Program-made: the position numbers and the translations under genes
Shown here: positions 25,640-39,231 of the stretch, piece after piece
How positions within the stretch are numbered: position 1 is the first letter of the stretch
How the letters are laid out: the number at the start of each line of letters is the position of its first letter
Notes under the pieces: generated by a model
What the model saw: only the letters and a program-made list of their open reading frames with translations
Databases searched by the model: none
Told to the model about the DNA's origin: nothing
Source of the DNA: Psammoneis japonica
Lineage: Eukaryota
DNA length: 50,295 nucleotides
NCBI GenBank assembly: GCA_008632985.1
Contig: QPGO01000216.1
Span: 62,001-112,295 of the forward strand
Reading direction: 5' to 3'

Positions 25640-26740
25640 AACAGAGTTAATGACGGAACCAATGGTCCTCGACTCACATTGTCATGCTTCTAATCTCAAT
25701 GATGTGACAGCTGCGGCAACTCATCTGACTCCAAAGGAGCAAAAGCAATTGATCTTCCCTTTGAAAAGATTTAAATGTCTTTTCGATGGTTCTCCAAGCG
25801 AGTGGACTGGAAAACCTCGCAGTGAAATCTGGCGCGAAACCGCATCACACGAAAGGTTTCCTGTTCCGCAAGCCTTGGAGGCGACTCACATGGAGATTGA
25901 AAGGCTCTGTAAGCTAAAAGTCCTAAAGAAAAATGAACCATTCTGAATGGACATCTCCAACCTTAAAAAAAAAATAGAAAAATGGTGGAAGCTCCTTGGT
26001 TTCTGTCCGACTTTCGTGAACTGAATAAGAGGCCAGTACGCACGCCGCATCCTCTGTCAAATGTTCAGGACACACTTCAGAAACTAGAAGGTTTCACATG
26101 TACGACCTCACTTGGTTTGAATGTGGGACACTGTCACATCAAAAAAAAAACACATGTCGTGCCAACATGAAAATCATGCTGTGGGGAGAAAATGAGTACT
26201 GTGGATTTCCAATGAGAATCCATGGAGCCCCAGATGTTTTTGTGCAACACATGAGCGAACTCATGGCAGGTTTGAAGTTGTCAGAACGACCACACATGAT
26301 CGTTCACACCTGACAAAAAGTGACTTCAAAATGTCACCTGTGCAAGAAAAGCTTGAAACGGCATTATACGACTAGAACAGTCACTTAGAAGGTTAACAAC
26401 AAAAAGTCCTTCACCACTTAACTTGAAATAAACTATCAAGACTTCCATGCGCAATGATGTGCATTCGATCACAAAGAAAATGGAGACGATTCAGGCAATC
26501 GCAACACTGAGAAAAACGTAAATAACACTGCGACATCTTGTTGTTATACGTTGCTGCTATCAAGACATGTAGTCTCAACGATCTCCTGTACAATGCTAGC
26601 CAAATTCACCTCAATAAAGGTCAAACGGCAGAAGCACAAGTACGGAACGAAAAGTCTCCAAAAATGTGGAGCGCATCAAATCAAAAACTACATTGTTATC
26701 ATGCACGAATTTCAACATTATACGTTACTGAATAAATGCT
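25640..26740 (+). pseudogene. Old gypsy reverse transcriptase relic
   Basis: HLTPKEQKQL..LFDG; FLSDFRELNKRPVRTPHPL..VQDTLQKLEGFTCTTSLGLNVGHCHI; PM...APDVF. The right boundary is uncertain. Confidence 0.75.
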
Positions 26741-26747
26741 GATATAC

Positions 26748-27330
26748 TGTCACGAATATAGGCAGTTTATGCACTGTTGGCGATTGGTCCACTATCGCTT
26801 ATTCAGTGGTCCCAGTGGCGTAACATCTCACAATTCTAGAACCTGTTGATGCTGTTCAACACTCTGTCTTGTCTTACACCCAATTCTTAGCTATCATGGT
26901 AGTATTTATTCACTTTATCAGAGCCAATACGCTATGATGTTCATCGCCTGGAACGGGCATCGCGAACGGTACGATGGCATCGTTGCGATCGATCGATTTT
27001 TGCGGTAAGCGCCATGTTGGTCCCATGGTTGCTCGCGTAATCGCTGAGTCCTTTATATATATCAACATTCATGGATATGAACGATATGCTCTTGGAGACC
27101 AGAGCTGTGATCCGTTAGACATGACGTTAGTGGACGGAATGTTTGATCACGTGGATGGAATATGTTGGCTAAGACATGCAAACAATTGTGGTAAAGATGA
27201 CACAGTGATTTATGCACTGAGGTCTGTTATTTGATCATGTACATTTGATTAATCAAAATACGTTGTCAAACTGTTTAGACACTGTACATGTGGATGCATG
27301 TCTGTTGCCAATCATTGCTTGGGAGTGACA
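26748..27330 (+). repeat. Candidate 5' LTR of copia family 2
   Basis: Bounded by TGTCAC...GTGACA, AT-rich, just upstream of the gag start. No second copy in the window. Confidence 0.35.
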
Positions 27331-27458
27331 CCACCTGCTCGAGGGTTCGCTAAGTAGAAACAGCCAAATCGGCACAAGAACCACACATTTCTCTCACTTT
27401 TCTCCACTCACACAAGTGGATGCTCACGCGTCAAAACTCGAATGACTGTTGATGCACC

Positions 27459-30400
27459 ATGGCCGCTGCCGCAGCCTTTGCCGCTTGTCTTACGTGTTGT
27501 GGATGCAATGCGCAGACGCGCACCTACATGGCCGGTCAAGGCTTTACTGCTGTTGAGGACTTGGAACAGGTCCCTTTGGCAGAAATCACTGACATGACCA
27601 AGGGCATTGTGAAAAGCGTGGACACCGCCGCTGACCCCCAAGTCCGCTTCCCATGCCTGGCAAATCGCAAGTTCAAGGCACTGCGACTACCGCAGAGCCC
27701 GAAACCAACAGCCGACCGCTGCTCTCTTTGCTGGTGACGTTGTTGGAACATGGACGGCACGTCTCACAGAACTGGAACAATTCAAGTCAGCAGACTCAGA
27801 TGATGAGTGTAGTGGATGGAGACCCGACGAAGCTAGCGGATTTCGAAGCATGCCAGCAGCACATGAAGACTCTGGTAGAAAATGCTAAGAACCGCAATGC
27901 TGACACTCGTGGAATCGCGTCCATCCAATGCCGCAACAACCGGTGCGGAAACCCTGGCGGAAAGCACCAACCTAAAAAGGATAAGCCCAGGATCCGGGCA
28001 GGCCATTATCCCATTGAAGAGAGGAATGCTCTTGATGGCCCTGAGCAAGAGCAGGTCAAGAAGCTCCACGATGCCAAGAAAGCCGAGAAGAAACGCAAAG
28101 CTGCAGCTGCGTCCTCGGAGGCTGAATCGGTCGACACCGAAACGCACGCTGTTAAGAAGGTAGCTGTTGCCAAGCCTGAACCTAAGCCTGCTGATGAACA
28201 AAAGGACTCCAAAGAGTTGAATAAACCTGCCGCCAATGCAGGCACGCAGTTCGGACGTAGCGCACACAAGACACCTCAGAAGGAGGAATGAACAGTTGTG
28301 CCAGCACTGGAAGGCACAGAACCGAATGTTGCTAAACCTGCTGGCACCATGCATTTATTTGGGCGATTCTTAAAGGACACACATGTCTCTTTGTCATCTG
28401 CTGGAAATTCAGATGGTGAAGCAACCACTGATTTGGACTTGCACGCTGACACGTGTGCTGTTGGGTCCAATTTTATAATGCACTCTGACATCGACAGGAT
28501 AAGCCCAGGATCCGGGCAGGCCATCATCCTGTTGAAGAGTGGAATGAACTTGATGGTTCCGAATGAGAGCAAGTTCAAAAGCTCCGTGATGCCAAGAAGG
28601 CCGAAAAGAAACGCAAAGCTGCTGCTGCGTCCTCGGAGGCTGAGTCGGTCGACACCGAAACTCGCGCTGTAAAGAGAGCAGCTATTGCCGAGACTGCTCC
28701 TCAACCTGCTGATACACCGAAAGACTCCGATGAGCCTGATAAACCTGCTGCCAATGCGGGCACCCAGTTTGGACGTAGTGTGCATAAGAAACCTCAGAAA
28801 GAGGAATGAACAGTTGCGCCAGGGTCGAATTTTGTGATGTGCTCCGACATCGACAGAACTGTCGTGGTACACCCTTGCTCTGAAGAGCATGCACCAATGA
28901 AAAATGTTCCTATTTGCACGGCTGCCACCGTGTGGGTTGATCCAACTGATGGACAACTGCACCTGCCATTGGTCCATGAGGCTGTGTTTTTCGGGGACAA
29001 GATGACTGACACTCTGCTGTGCCCCAACCAACTGCGAGCGAATGGACTGACTGCCCACGACACCCCTCACCAGTTTGATCTGAGTGGCACACACTCTATT
29101 TCTTTCCCTGACTCGAACATCAGGATGCCTTTGCGTGCACGAGGTGTTGCTTCAGTCTTTGACTCGCACAAGCCGACAAAGGAGGATCTGGAGAACCTTC
29201 CCCAGCTGGAACTAACATCACCCCTGAGATGGGCGCCCTCCACTGATGCCCTGGTGCAAAAGAAGGAAGAGCATGCATGTGCTAGTGTGTGCCAAGGATG
29301 ATGAATGCAACCAGGTGTGTCGCTTCAATTCATTCATGTCAAACATCCTGTCACGACGAGAATGTCATTGTGGATGCTGATGACGACGAATCTCTGTATC
29401 ACCGCCTGGTTGCTCAGGTGAATGTCTCCCACAACAACATTGAGGGAGACGGGCTACATGACCGGTATGACCCAGATGTCCACCCAGATTGTGCCAAGCG
29501 GAAACGGGTGCATGCACTGTCGACCTCGAGTTGTGCATCGAATGTCACACCCAAAACACTCTCTAAAAGGTGGGAACATTGGCCTGACGGCCGCTAAGAA
29601 CACCCTTAGAGTGACGACCCAGGCAGGGGTCCACAATGTCTACACACCATCCGAGCGGAAAGTCCAGAAGAAAGCCCCTTGGCTTAAGTTCCCCGCTGTC
29701 AAGGGACGCTTCTACTCTGACCAGATGTTTTTGAAGGTTAAATCAATGCATGGCGAGACAGGAGGAAGTGCATTTGCCAATGGAAGAGGGCATGACAGGT
29801 TCTATCCTTGGAAGAGGAAACAGGACCACCCAAACACTGTCATGTCATTCACGCATGACGTTGGCACACCGCAAGTCCTTGTGTCAGATGGCGTGCCGGA
29901 AATGGCAGAAGGCCAGACCAAAGAGATTTGCAAGGAATGCAGGATGCACCAGGAGGTGTCCACCCCGCACAGCCCCTGGCAGAACCTAGCCGAGGCATCC
30001 ATTCGTGAGTTGAAGAAGAGAGTCCGCGTGACTCTACGCCGGACTGGCGCTCACAGGCGACTTTGGTCCTGTAGTGCCAAATGGACATGTGACATCCGAT
30101 GCATGATTGCGAGTGGCTTGTCGGACATGGGAGGACGAGTCCCAGAAGAGGAGGTGACAGGTTCAACACCTGATATTTCGTCCCTCTCTCTCTTTGATTG
30201 GTGTCAACCTGTCCATCATTGCATGCCTGTGGCAGAGTTCCCACACAAGAAAAAGTGCATTGGCCATTGGCTCGGAGTGGCTGACAACTGCACTGATGAC
30301 ATGGCATTCATTGTCCTGCCCGAATCAGGCAGACCCATCATTTGGAAAGATGCACGGGCCACACCGGAGGATGACCTTAAAACTCCAGCAATCCAAACGG

Positions 30401-32399
30401 ATCTTGCATCGGTCGATCAAGCTTTGATCGAACGGCTTAACATCCCGGAACAGGATGCCAATGCTGGCTTCCCTGAACTCCCTGACGACTTCATGGACGA
30501 ATGGGACGATGCCGTTGAACCCGTGGAACCTGACACTTCCAAACCAGAAGCTGATGACTGTGCCCTGGAGGAGCTAGATGAGCATCTCACAGCTCAAGTC
30601 ATGTTACCACGTGGAGGCAAGCTGACTCATGCTAGGGTCATTGCACGCAAACGAGACAGCAATGGGGTTCCCATTGGCACTGGGGAACGACAACCCTGTC
30701 CTAGACTTGAGGACACATGATGTGGAATTTCCTGACGGATCCACTGATTCCCACACTGCTGACGCAATTGCAGAGAACCTGTTCGCTCAGATCGACTCTG
30801 AAGGGAATGCCCACCAGATTATGAAGGAGACAGTCGATCACCGACGTGATGCCCGTGCCGTTACGGCTGATGACGGGCACACAACGACTAAGACTGGCAG
30901 GCGTGCTCCTGGGAGGACGACCGTAGGCTGGGACCTGCAAAAGTCGAATGGAAGGATGGGACTGCATCCTGGGTTCCTCTCAAGAATTTGAAGGAATCCA
31001 ATCCAGTCGAGGTTGCTGAGTATGCTGCAGCGAACAAAGTAGCCAGCGAACCAGCTTTTAACTGTTGGGTCCGAGACGTCTTGCGTCGCAGGTCAAGGAT
31101 CCTAAAGAAAGTCAAGTCGCGTTACTGGAAACGTGCGCATAAGTTCGGAATGACGTTCAGAATGCCTGCTTGAATGCACACACTGAGGAAAAGTGTTGCA
31201 CCACTGCTGGCCTGGAATTCAGGAAGCATGACGAGGGAAGGCCAGTGATTGTTGTCCGAGTATGGTCTCAAGTCTTCAGGTGCAAGATTTAGGGAACACA
31301 TGGCAGCCACTTTGCATGATGCTGGGTTTGAGTCTTGCAAGGCTGACCCGGATGTCTGGCTGTGAGCTGCGGCCAAGCCGGATGGCTTCAAGCACTGGGA
31401 ACATGTGCTTGTCTGCATGGACGACCTGTTGTGCGTCTCCCATGAACCCCAGAAGGTTATGGATTATATGAGCTCTAGGTGCACCCTCAAGGACGGAAGT
31501 GTCTGCGAGCCAGAAGAGCACTTGGGCGCCCAGATCAGAAAGTGCCAGCTGTCTGACTCGGACGGCAAGACACGCTGGGCTATGTCCTCTGACCTTTGTG
31601 TCAAAAGGGCATTGGCTGATGTTGAATTGGAGCTTAAGAAAACTGACAGGCGTCTTCCGACGAAGGCATCGACGCCCTTGAGCTCGGGATGTGGGCCTGA
31701 ACTGGATGGTTCACCCGAGTTGAATGCCAAAACGGCTAACTGCTGCCAAGGCCTTGTTGGTGTGCTACAATGGGCAGTTGAACTAGGGCGAGTGGACATT
31801 TTTGTTGCTGTCTCGCTTGTGTCCTCCTGCTTGGCAGCACCACGAGTTGGACACCTGGACGAGGTGCTCCACATCTTTGCATGCTTGAAGGCTCACTCTA
31901 AGTCTGCGCTAGTGTTCGATGACACTGAGCCTGTCTTTGACGAGAGTCGCTTTGCCAAGTGTGATTGGGAAGAACATTGCCCTGGCACGGCTGAACCAAT
32001 GCCGCCGAACATGCCGGAGGCACGTGGGAACAGCGTGACCACTGCTTGCTTTGTCGATGCTGATCACGCCGGATGCCGTGTGACGTGCAGGTCCCACACT
32101 GGGATCCTGACATTTGTCCAACGAGTGCCCATCTTGCATTGCTCTAAGCGGCAGAATGCCGCAGAGTCTTCTACTTTTGGGTCGGAGTTCGTGGCTATGA
32201 AGACTGCAGTGGAGCAAATTGAAGCCTTGCGTTGCAAGCTTCGGATGCTCGGAATCCCCATGGATGGGGCCACCAATGTTTTCTGTGACAATGAGGCTGT
32301 CTTCAAGAACTCAACTAAACCAGAGTCCACTTTGAAGAAGAAGCACAATGCAATTGCCTGTCACAGGACTCGTGAGGCACAAGCTGCTGGAACAGTGCG
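27459..32399 (+). mobile_element. Ty1/copia (CoDi-type) family 2, internally deleted and rearranged; cut by copy C
   Basis: gag N-term MAAAAAF..; PR DLHADT; IN YSDQMF / SDG / SPWQNLAEASIRELK; RT VCMDD (<YVDD); RH DADHAG, GSEF, CDNEAV, KKKHNAI. Most of the RT N-half is deleted near 31150. Confidence 0.88.
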
Positions 32400-35300
32400 T
32401 GACAGGATTTGAGTGGGATTTAGGTGCGCGCGAAGTTTGCGGCACACAGACTTGTGTGCTCTTTAGTTCCGCGCGTACGCACGATGTAGTTTGCTTTCGA
32501 GCCACACGGCTCACAAGAATAATGACAGCAGCCCGATTGTACCGACTTAGACGTCTTTCGGCTCCTGCAACGGTCTCTGAGCAGAGACTCATCTGCTGTT
32601 TAGACAGCAGCAAGGAGTTGTTGTTTGAATCCTTGCCATTTGCCTTCAATTTCTGTCAGATTAACAGTCTTGCTCATTGTCAACCCATTGAGCAACCGCC
32701 ATCGTCGTCGTTGATTTACCGACAACGCTGTTTCAATTCTGCGTGAACCTCCGTATATGTTCTACGTGTACATCGGCAAGTCTGCGTGCATTCAATGCCA
32801 GGCATCGGCAGGAATTTAACGTCACCGTCAAGTCTCCTTACCGCTGGATATCTGGATTGATTATGCTGCCTTGTGTCACTGGAGACATACATTCAACGGT
32901 CACATCCAAGTCTATCCTTGATCCTCATCCCTTGATGTACCCATTCAACGGTTAACGGTCAAGAACCCTACATATTCAAAGATCTACGTCGCTGAAGACA
33001 TGTGTACACATATCTTCACGGCCAAGAACTTGAACCCACTCTTTGGACTGCGGCTTTGCTACCACTCTACAAGCACACCGAGTCTATTGTACCTGATCTA
33101 CCCCGGACTACTGGTGCTCTACAGTTCCACTAGGTCCACGAGGACGACTGTGAGAGCAAGTAGCCGTGATTACAGCCTACGTTGGGGCGAGGGTGTTTTT
33201 CCCGCGTTTGTTCGTTCATCCACAGCGCCTAACGCCTACGTCAACTGGCCAGCCTGATCGGGAAATCCAACCGATATAAAATAAGAACGGTTCGGGGGTC
33301 TTGTCCACCTCTAGTCAGCTTACCTGCAGGGGTTTACAACCCGCTACTCCGCTCGTAAGCAACCCAAAGCGCCACCAGCTGCGGGTTCGGACGTGCTGGC
33401 ACAACTCTACGGACCAGATAGGAAGTTTAGCACTTAACAACGAACGGGATGGCACACCCTGGCGACTTCTGATTTTAAGATAGTTCAAGATTTCAAGTCA
33501 AGTCTATTTCAAGTCAAGTCCATTCCCACTTAAGTTTCAAGTCTACCTCCGCGTCCCAACAAGAATCGCTTGCCCTGACACCGCTTTTGTCTACCATGGT
33601 TCTCACTCGTCAGCAACAAACCGATGGTTTCGAGCACGTCGTTGGAACCATGCTTGCCCAAGGTGCTGGAAGCCCTCTTCGTTTGGCTTTGACCCACGAC
33701 GGCATGGACTTGCACCAAGAACTGTTCACGTTCATACCTTCCCAAATCGACTTGCTTGAGTACGATAACGGCACTAATGTGATCCCATTGCCCCGAGGTT
33801 ATAAGAACATGTTAGCAGCTCTAGTTAGTCTGTACATTGTCAAAGCACACAAAGGCCTTGATGTTGCCAATGACTCTTCGTTGTTCACGCATGATGAGTT
33901 CCTTGCCTGCCGCCTCAGTCCCGACTGCATGTCTTCTGTGTCCATCGGCAGCTCACCTCTTGCACCTCCGCACGTCACCAACCCGACCAAGGCATGCGAC
34001 CCAGTGCGAGACTTCAAGCGAGGCATCAAGCGTGACCCCACTGCTTTCACGGCTCTCAAATCCGACAAGCAGTGGCACACTTGGCACACCTCACTTGTGG
34101 CACAAGCCCGTGCCCAAGACGTCGAGTGCACTCTAGACTCGTCGTACAAACCGACCAGCCCCGAAGACAAACTGCTCTTTGCTGAACAGCATAAGTACAT
34201 GTTCGCCGTCTTCGAATGCATCCTTCTCACCGACAAGGGCAAAGCTCTCATTCGCGAAAATGTGGGGTCTTCTGACGCCCAGACCGTCTACCGCGCCTTG
34301 TCCGAGTGTGCGCTCGCCTCCACCCGCGCATCTATCGAGTCCTCCACCTTGCTCACGCACCTCACCACCGCACGCCTTGGTGATGGTACTTGGAAAGGTC
34401 CGACCCACAGGTTCATCCTTCATTGGCAGGATCAGTTGCGCAAGTACGAGGCACTCATCCCGGCCAGTGACCACTTCTCTGAAGGACAGAAGCGCGTCAT
34501 GCTCGAGAATGCCGCACATCCTGTCGAGGAACTCCGCGCCGTCAAGAACCAAGCTGATCAACATCGCACGCAGAGTGGCAAGAACCTCACACATGATCAA
34601 CATTGTGGCTTGCTCCTCTCCGCGGCGGCTCAATGCGACAGCATGCTTCAACCCAAGACGACACCTCGAGCTCCCCGCCGCGCCATGTGCGCACATGAAG
34701 TCTACTCCGAGGAACCATCCGATGATGTGTTCTATGACATCGACAGCGACATTGACGTCCTTCAGGCTAACGCTGCATGCACCTGCGGTCCCAGCCTCAC
34801 CGGCGACCAATGGAAACGTCTCCCTCCTGACCACCAACGGATTTGGGATTTGTTGCCCCATTCCCCTAAGGCGATCATCCTTGAGCATTCTCGTCCGCCT
34901 CCCCGCAACCCACGAGCCGGCAACTGCCATGAGTCCGTTGCGGTCAACCTTCACGACCAACGACTTGGGAGTGACGGTGATGTCAACTTGTCCACCACGA
35001 CTCCTGCTGACTCTGGTGATCCCGCTCCAAATGTGGGTGCCACTTCAGACAATCCCATTCTGGCGCATCTCACCAAGTGCAAGCCACTGCCACCCGGTGA
35101 CCTGCAACGCCTGTTGTCTCCTAACCAAGCCCCCAACGCTAGTCGAAAGGGCCCAGCCGCCGCTCCCTCTACCTCACCTGCTCCTCCAGATGACACAGAA
35201 CTTAACGGCCGCACTTGCCGCCGCATCAACAACCACAATGTCAGTTGCTCTGCCTCCGCTCATTGCTCCACACGCACTGGTGCTCTAGTCGATCGTGGAG

Positions 35301-38300
35301 CCAAACGGCGGCATTGCTGGCGATGACGTTCACGTCATTGCATGCACCTCTCGCCAAGTCGACGTTCAGGGCATTGACGACCATCAATTGGTGGACATCC
35401 CCATTGTCACTGCTGGTGCCGTCATTGAGACACAGCGTGGTCCCGTCATCACCATCCTCCATCAGCACGCATGCACGGGAAAAGGCAAGACCATTCATTC
35501 CTGTGGCCAGCTCGAATGGCACAAACATGATGTCAACGATCGCTCTGTCAAGGTGCCCAACGGCTTGCAGCGTATCGCCACCCCTGATGGCTGTGTCATC
35601 CCAATTGACATCAAGGGTGGCCTGCCTTGTGTTGCCATGCGAACCTACACTGACGATGAATGGGACACCCTGCCACATGTCATCCTCACTGGTGATGACA
35701 CATGGGACCCTTCCGTCCTCGATCACTCTATCACTGACGATGACCAAAGGGACGACACGATCTCTGACCTACAGGACAATCCCACTGCCAACCTGTTTGA
35801 CGAGTGCGGCAACTGCCGTCACCGTGTCATTGTCAACAAGGCCATCATGTCCGCCTCCTTGTCTGCCGATCACGCGTCCGCCCTCGATGACCACCTCATT
35901 CCGAATGAAGACGTGTTCTACGAGTGTCATCTACACGCGATTGACCCCAAGGACGATGACGTTCCGCCTCCGGAGCGCAATGTGCAGCCCAAGGAACCCC
36001 CCTACGAGTCTCTTTGGCCCCACTTTGGTTTCCAACCTGCCGACACGGTTCGTCGTACTTTCGACTGCACCACGCAATGCGCCCGCATGCCCGCCTGTGC
36101 GCACCTTAAGAAGGCCCACAAATCACCCAACCCCGCCCTTAATGTGCACCGCCGCAATGAGCCTGTCGCCACTGACACCGTCCATGCCGACACCCCAGCC
36201 GTCGACTCTGGTTGCACCAGCGCCCAACTGTTTGTTGGTGCCGAGTCTACTGTCACTGACGTCTGCGGCACCAAAACCGACAAAGAGTTTGTCAACACAC
36301 TCGAGGATCAGATCCGTGAGCGTGGTGCTCCTTCCAAACTCATCAGCGACCGTGCCCAAGTTGAGATCAGCAACAAGGTGCTCGGGATTCTACGAGCCCT
36401 CTTCATCTCCAGCTGGCAAAGCGAGCCTCACCAGCAACACCAAAACTTTGCCGAACGCCAACACCAGACCGTGAAGCGCATGGCGAACACCATCATGGAC
36501 TGTTTCGGTTCGCCTGCCCACACATGGCTGCTGGCGCTCATGTGCGTTTGCTTCATGCTCAACCACACAGCATCCCCACGTCTCCACTGGCGCAAGCCCC
36601 TCGAGACTCTCACTGGCTCCACCCCGGACATCAGCCCGTTGCTTCGCTTTCACTGGTGGGAACCCGTGTACTTCCACCTCGATGACTCCGATTGGCCGTC
36701 CGAATCCCGTGAGTTGCGTGGACGCTTTGTTGGTGTTGCTGAACACGTCGGCCACCAGATGACCTTTAAGATTCTTTCTGACGACACTCAGAAGATCCTC
36801 TGCCGGTCTAATGTACGATCCGCTACCACCAATCCTTCCGTTCAAAACCTGCGTCTTGATCCTCCTGATGGGGAGCCACCTGAACCCATCATCAAATCTC
36901 GCCATGACGACAACCCCGTCGATTCACCTGATGGGGAGATCAGGACACCCAAGATGCCAGTTTTTGATCCGCAAGACATCATCAGATGCACCTTCCTCAT
37001 GCAGCCACAAGAGGACGGACAACGCCACAGAGCTCGCATCGTCAAGGCCGTCGAAGATCACGACTGGAAAGTGAACGGCAACCCCAAGCTCACTAAGTTT
37101 GTCTGCTCTGTCAACAACGACGAATACGAGGAAGTCCTGGCCTGCAACGACATCATGAATCACATTGAGCAAGAAGACGAAGACACTGCTGTTTGGAAAT
37201 TTTGACGCATTGTGTCACACGAAGGACCTCTGAAGCCTCATGACCCAACCTGGAAAGGCTCAAGCTACAACATCATGCTTGAATGGGAAAGTGGGGAGAT
37301 CACGTCCGAGCCTCTTGCCATCATCGCCAAGGACGACCCTGTCACCTGCGCCATCCATGCACGAGAGAACGGACTTCTCGACACTGATGGCTGGAAGCGG
37401 TTCCGCACCATCGCGAGGCGCCAGAAGAAGCTGTTCCGCATGGCCAACCAAGCCAAGCTTCGCTCCTTCCGCACTGCACCTCACCACAAGTGCGGATGCA
37501 AAGTTCCCCGGAACTGCAAACACGCCATGTCCACAGATGAATGCAATGGCAACAGCAAATGGGGAGACGCAACCAATCTCGAGATGGACCAACTCGATGA
37601 ATACGAAGTCTTTCATGACTGCGGGCCCTCCGAGTCTTCCACTCCTCCTGCGGGACACAAGAAGATCCGAGTGCACCTGGTGTACGACGTGAAACACGAC
37701 GGCCGCCACAAGGCATGACTCGCAGCCGATGGACACCTCACGGATGTGCCCATCGACAGTGTCTACTCTGGAGTAGTCTCCCTTCGTGGCCTTCGGCTGA
37801 TGATTTTCCTGGCCGAACTCAACGAGTTGGAGACATGGGCCACCGACATTGGCAATGCCTGCCTTGAAGCCACCACCAAGGAGAAGCTGTACATTGTAGC
37901 TGGACCCGAATTTGGCAAACTCGAAGGCCACATTCTTGTCATCTACAAGGCCCTGCATGGACTGCGCAGCTCCGGCCTCCGCTGGCACGAGCGCTTCGCC
38001 GACTGCCTGCGAGCTGAAGGTTTCTTCCCCTGCCACGCCGAACCCGACATTTGGATGCACAGGAACAGTGACCACTACGAACATGTTGCCGTTTATGTGG
38101 ATGACCTCGCCATTGCCATGAAGGATCCTCAATCTTTCGTCGACACTCTCACGGAAAAGTGCAAGTTCAAGCTCAAGGGTGCGGGACCGATTGAGTTCCA
38201 TCTGGGCTGCGACTTTTCCCGGGATCCTGACGGCACCTTGTGTCTGTCTCCGCGCAAGTACATCGAACGCATGGTCGACAGCTGCACATGACTGTTTGGG

Positions 38301-39231
38301 GAGAAACCTGCCACCAACGTCCTGTCCCTCTGGAAAGGGTGACCACCCGAACTGGACACTTCCGAACTGCTGGGGCCCGATGGCATTCAACAGTTCCAGT
38401 CTCTTGTTGGTTCCCTCCAATGGGCAGTGTCTCTTGGTCGAATTGACATTGCCACGGCCGTCATGTCACTCTCTGGCTTCCGAGCTGCGCCCCGTCAAGG
38501 CCACTTGGATCGTGCCAAACGCGTCTGTGGGTGCCTCTCCAAGATGCGACACGGCGCTCTCCGCGTTCGCACGGAAGAGCCCGACTGTTCGGATCTCCCT
38601 GCACCGGCCTATGAATGGATGCATTCCGTGTATGGCGAAGCAGATGAGATGATCCCGAAGGACGCTCCACCGCCCCATGGCAAGTTTGTCACCACCACCC
38701 ACTGCGTCGATGCAAACTTGCATCATTGCATGCTCACCGGACGCTCTGTCATGGGAATGCTCCACTTCCTCAACAAATTCCCGGCTGATTGGTTCTCTAA
38801 GAAGCAAGCCACCGTGGAGACTGCGACCTGCGGGTCTGAATTTGTTGCCGCAAGGACTTGTGTCGAGCAGATCATCCACCTGCGCATCACCCTGCGTCAC
38901 CTCGGCGTCCCGATCCGTGACATTAGTTACATGTCCAGTGACAACAAGTCGGTTGTGGACAGTGCCACCATCCCGCACTCCAAGTTACACAAACGACACA
39001 CCGCTCTCTCGTTCCACCATGTGCGTGAGGCGATTGCCTCTGGCTACATTGAGCTCCACTTCATCGAAGGCTCCCGCAACCCTGCTGACATTCTCATCAA
39101 GCATTGGGGTTGCTCCCAAATCTGGGACCTTCTCCGTCCCCTCATGTTTTGGAACTTCATTCCATCCGAAGTCAAATCTGTTTCTGTGACTCCTCAAGCA
39201 AACTGGGGAGTGACAGGATTTGAACAGGATT
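32400..39231 (+). mobile_element. Copia family 1 copy C (5' LTR 32400-32658; gag-pol 33596-39210; only ~21 nt of 3' LTR)
   Basis: Colinear with copy A. PPT plus TGACAGGATTTGAACAGGATT, then an abrupt switch to inverted copy D. Confidence 0.93.
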
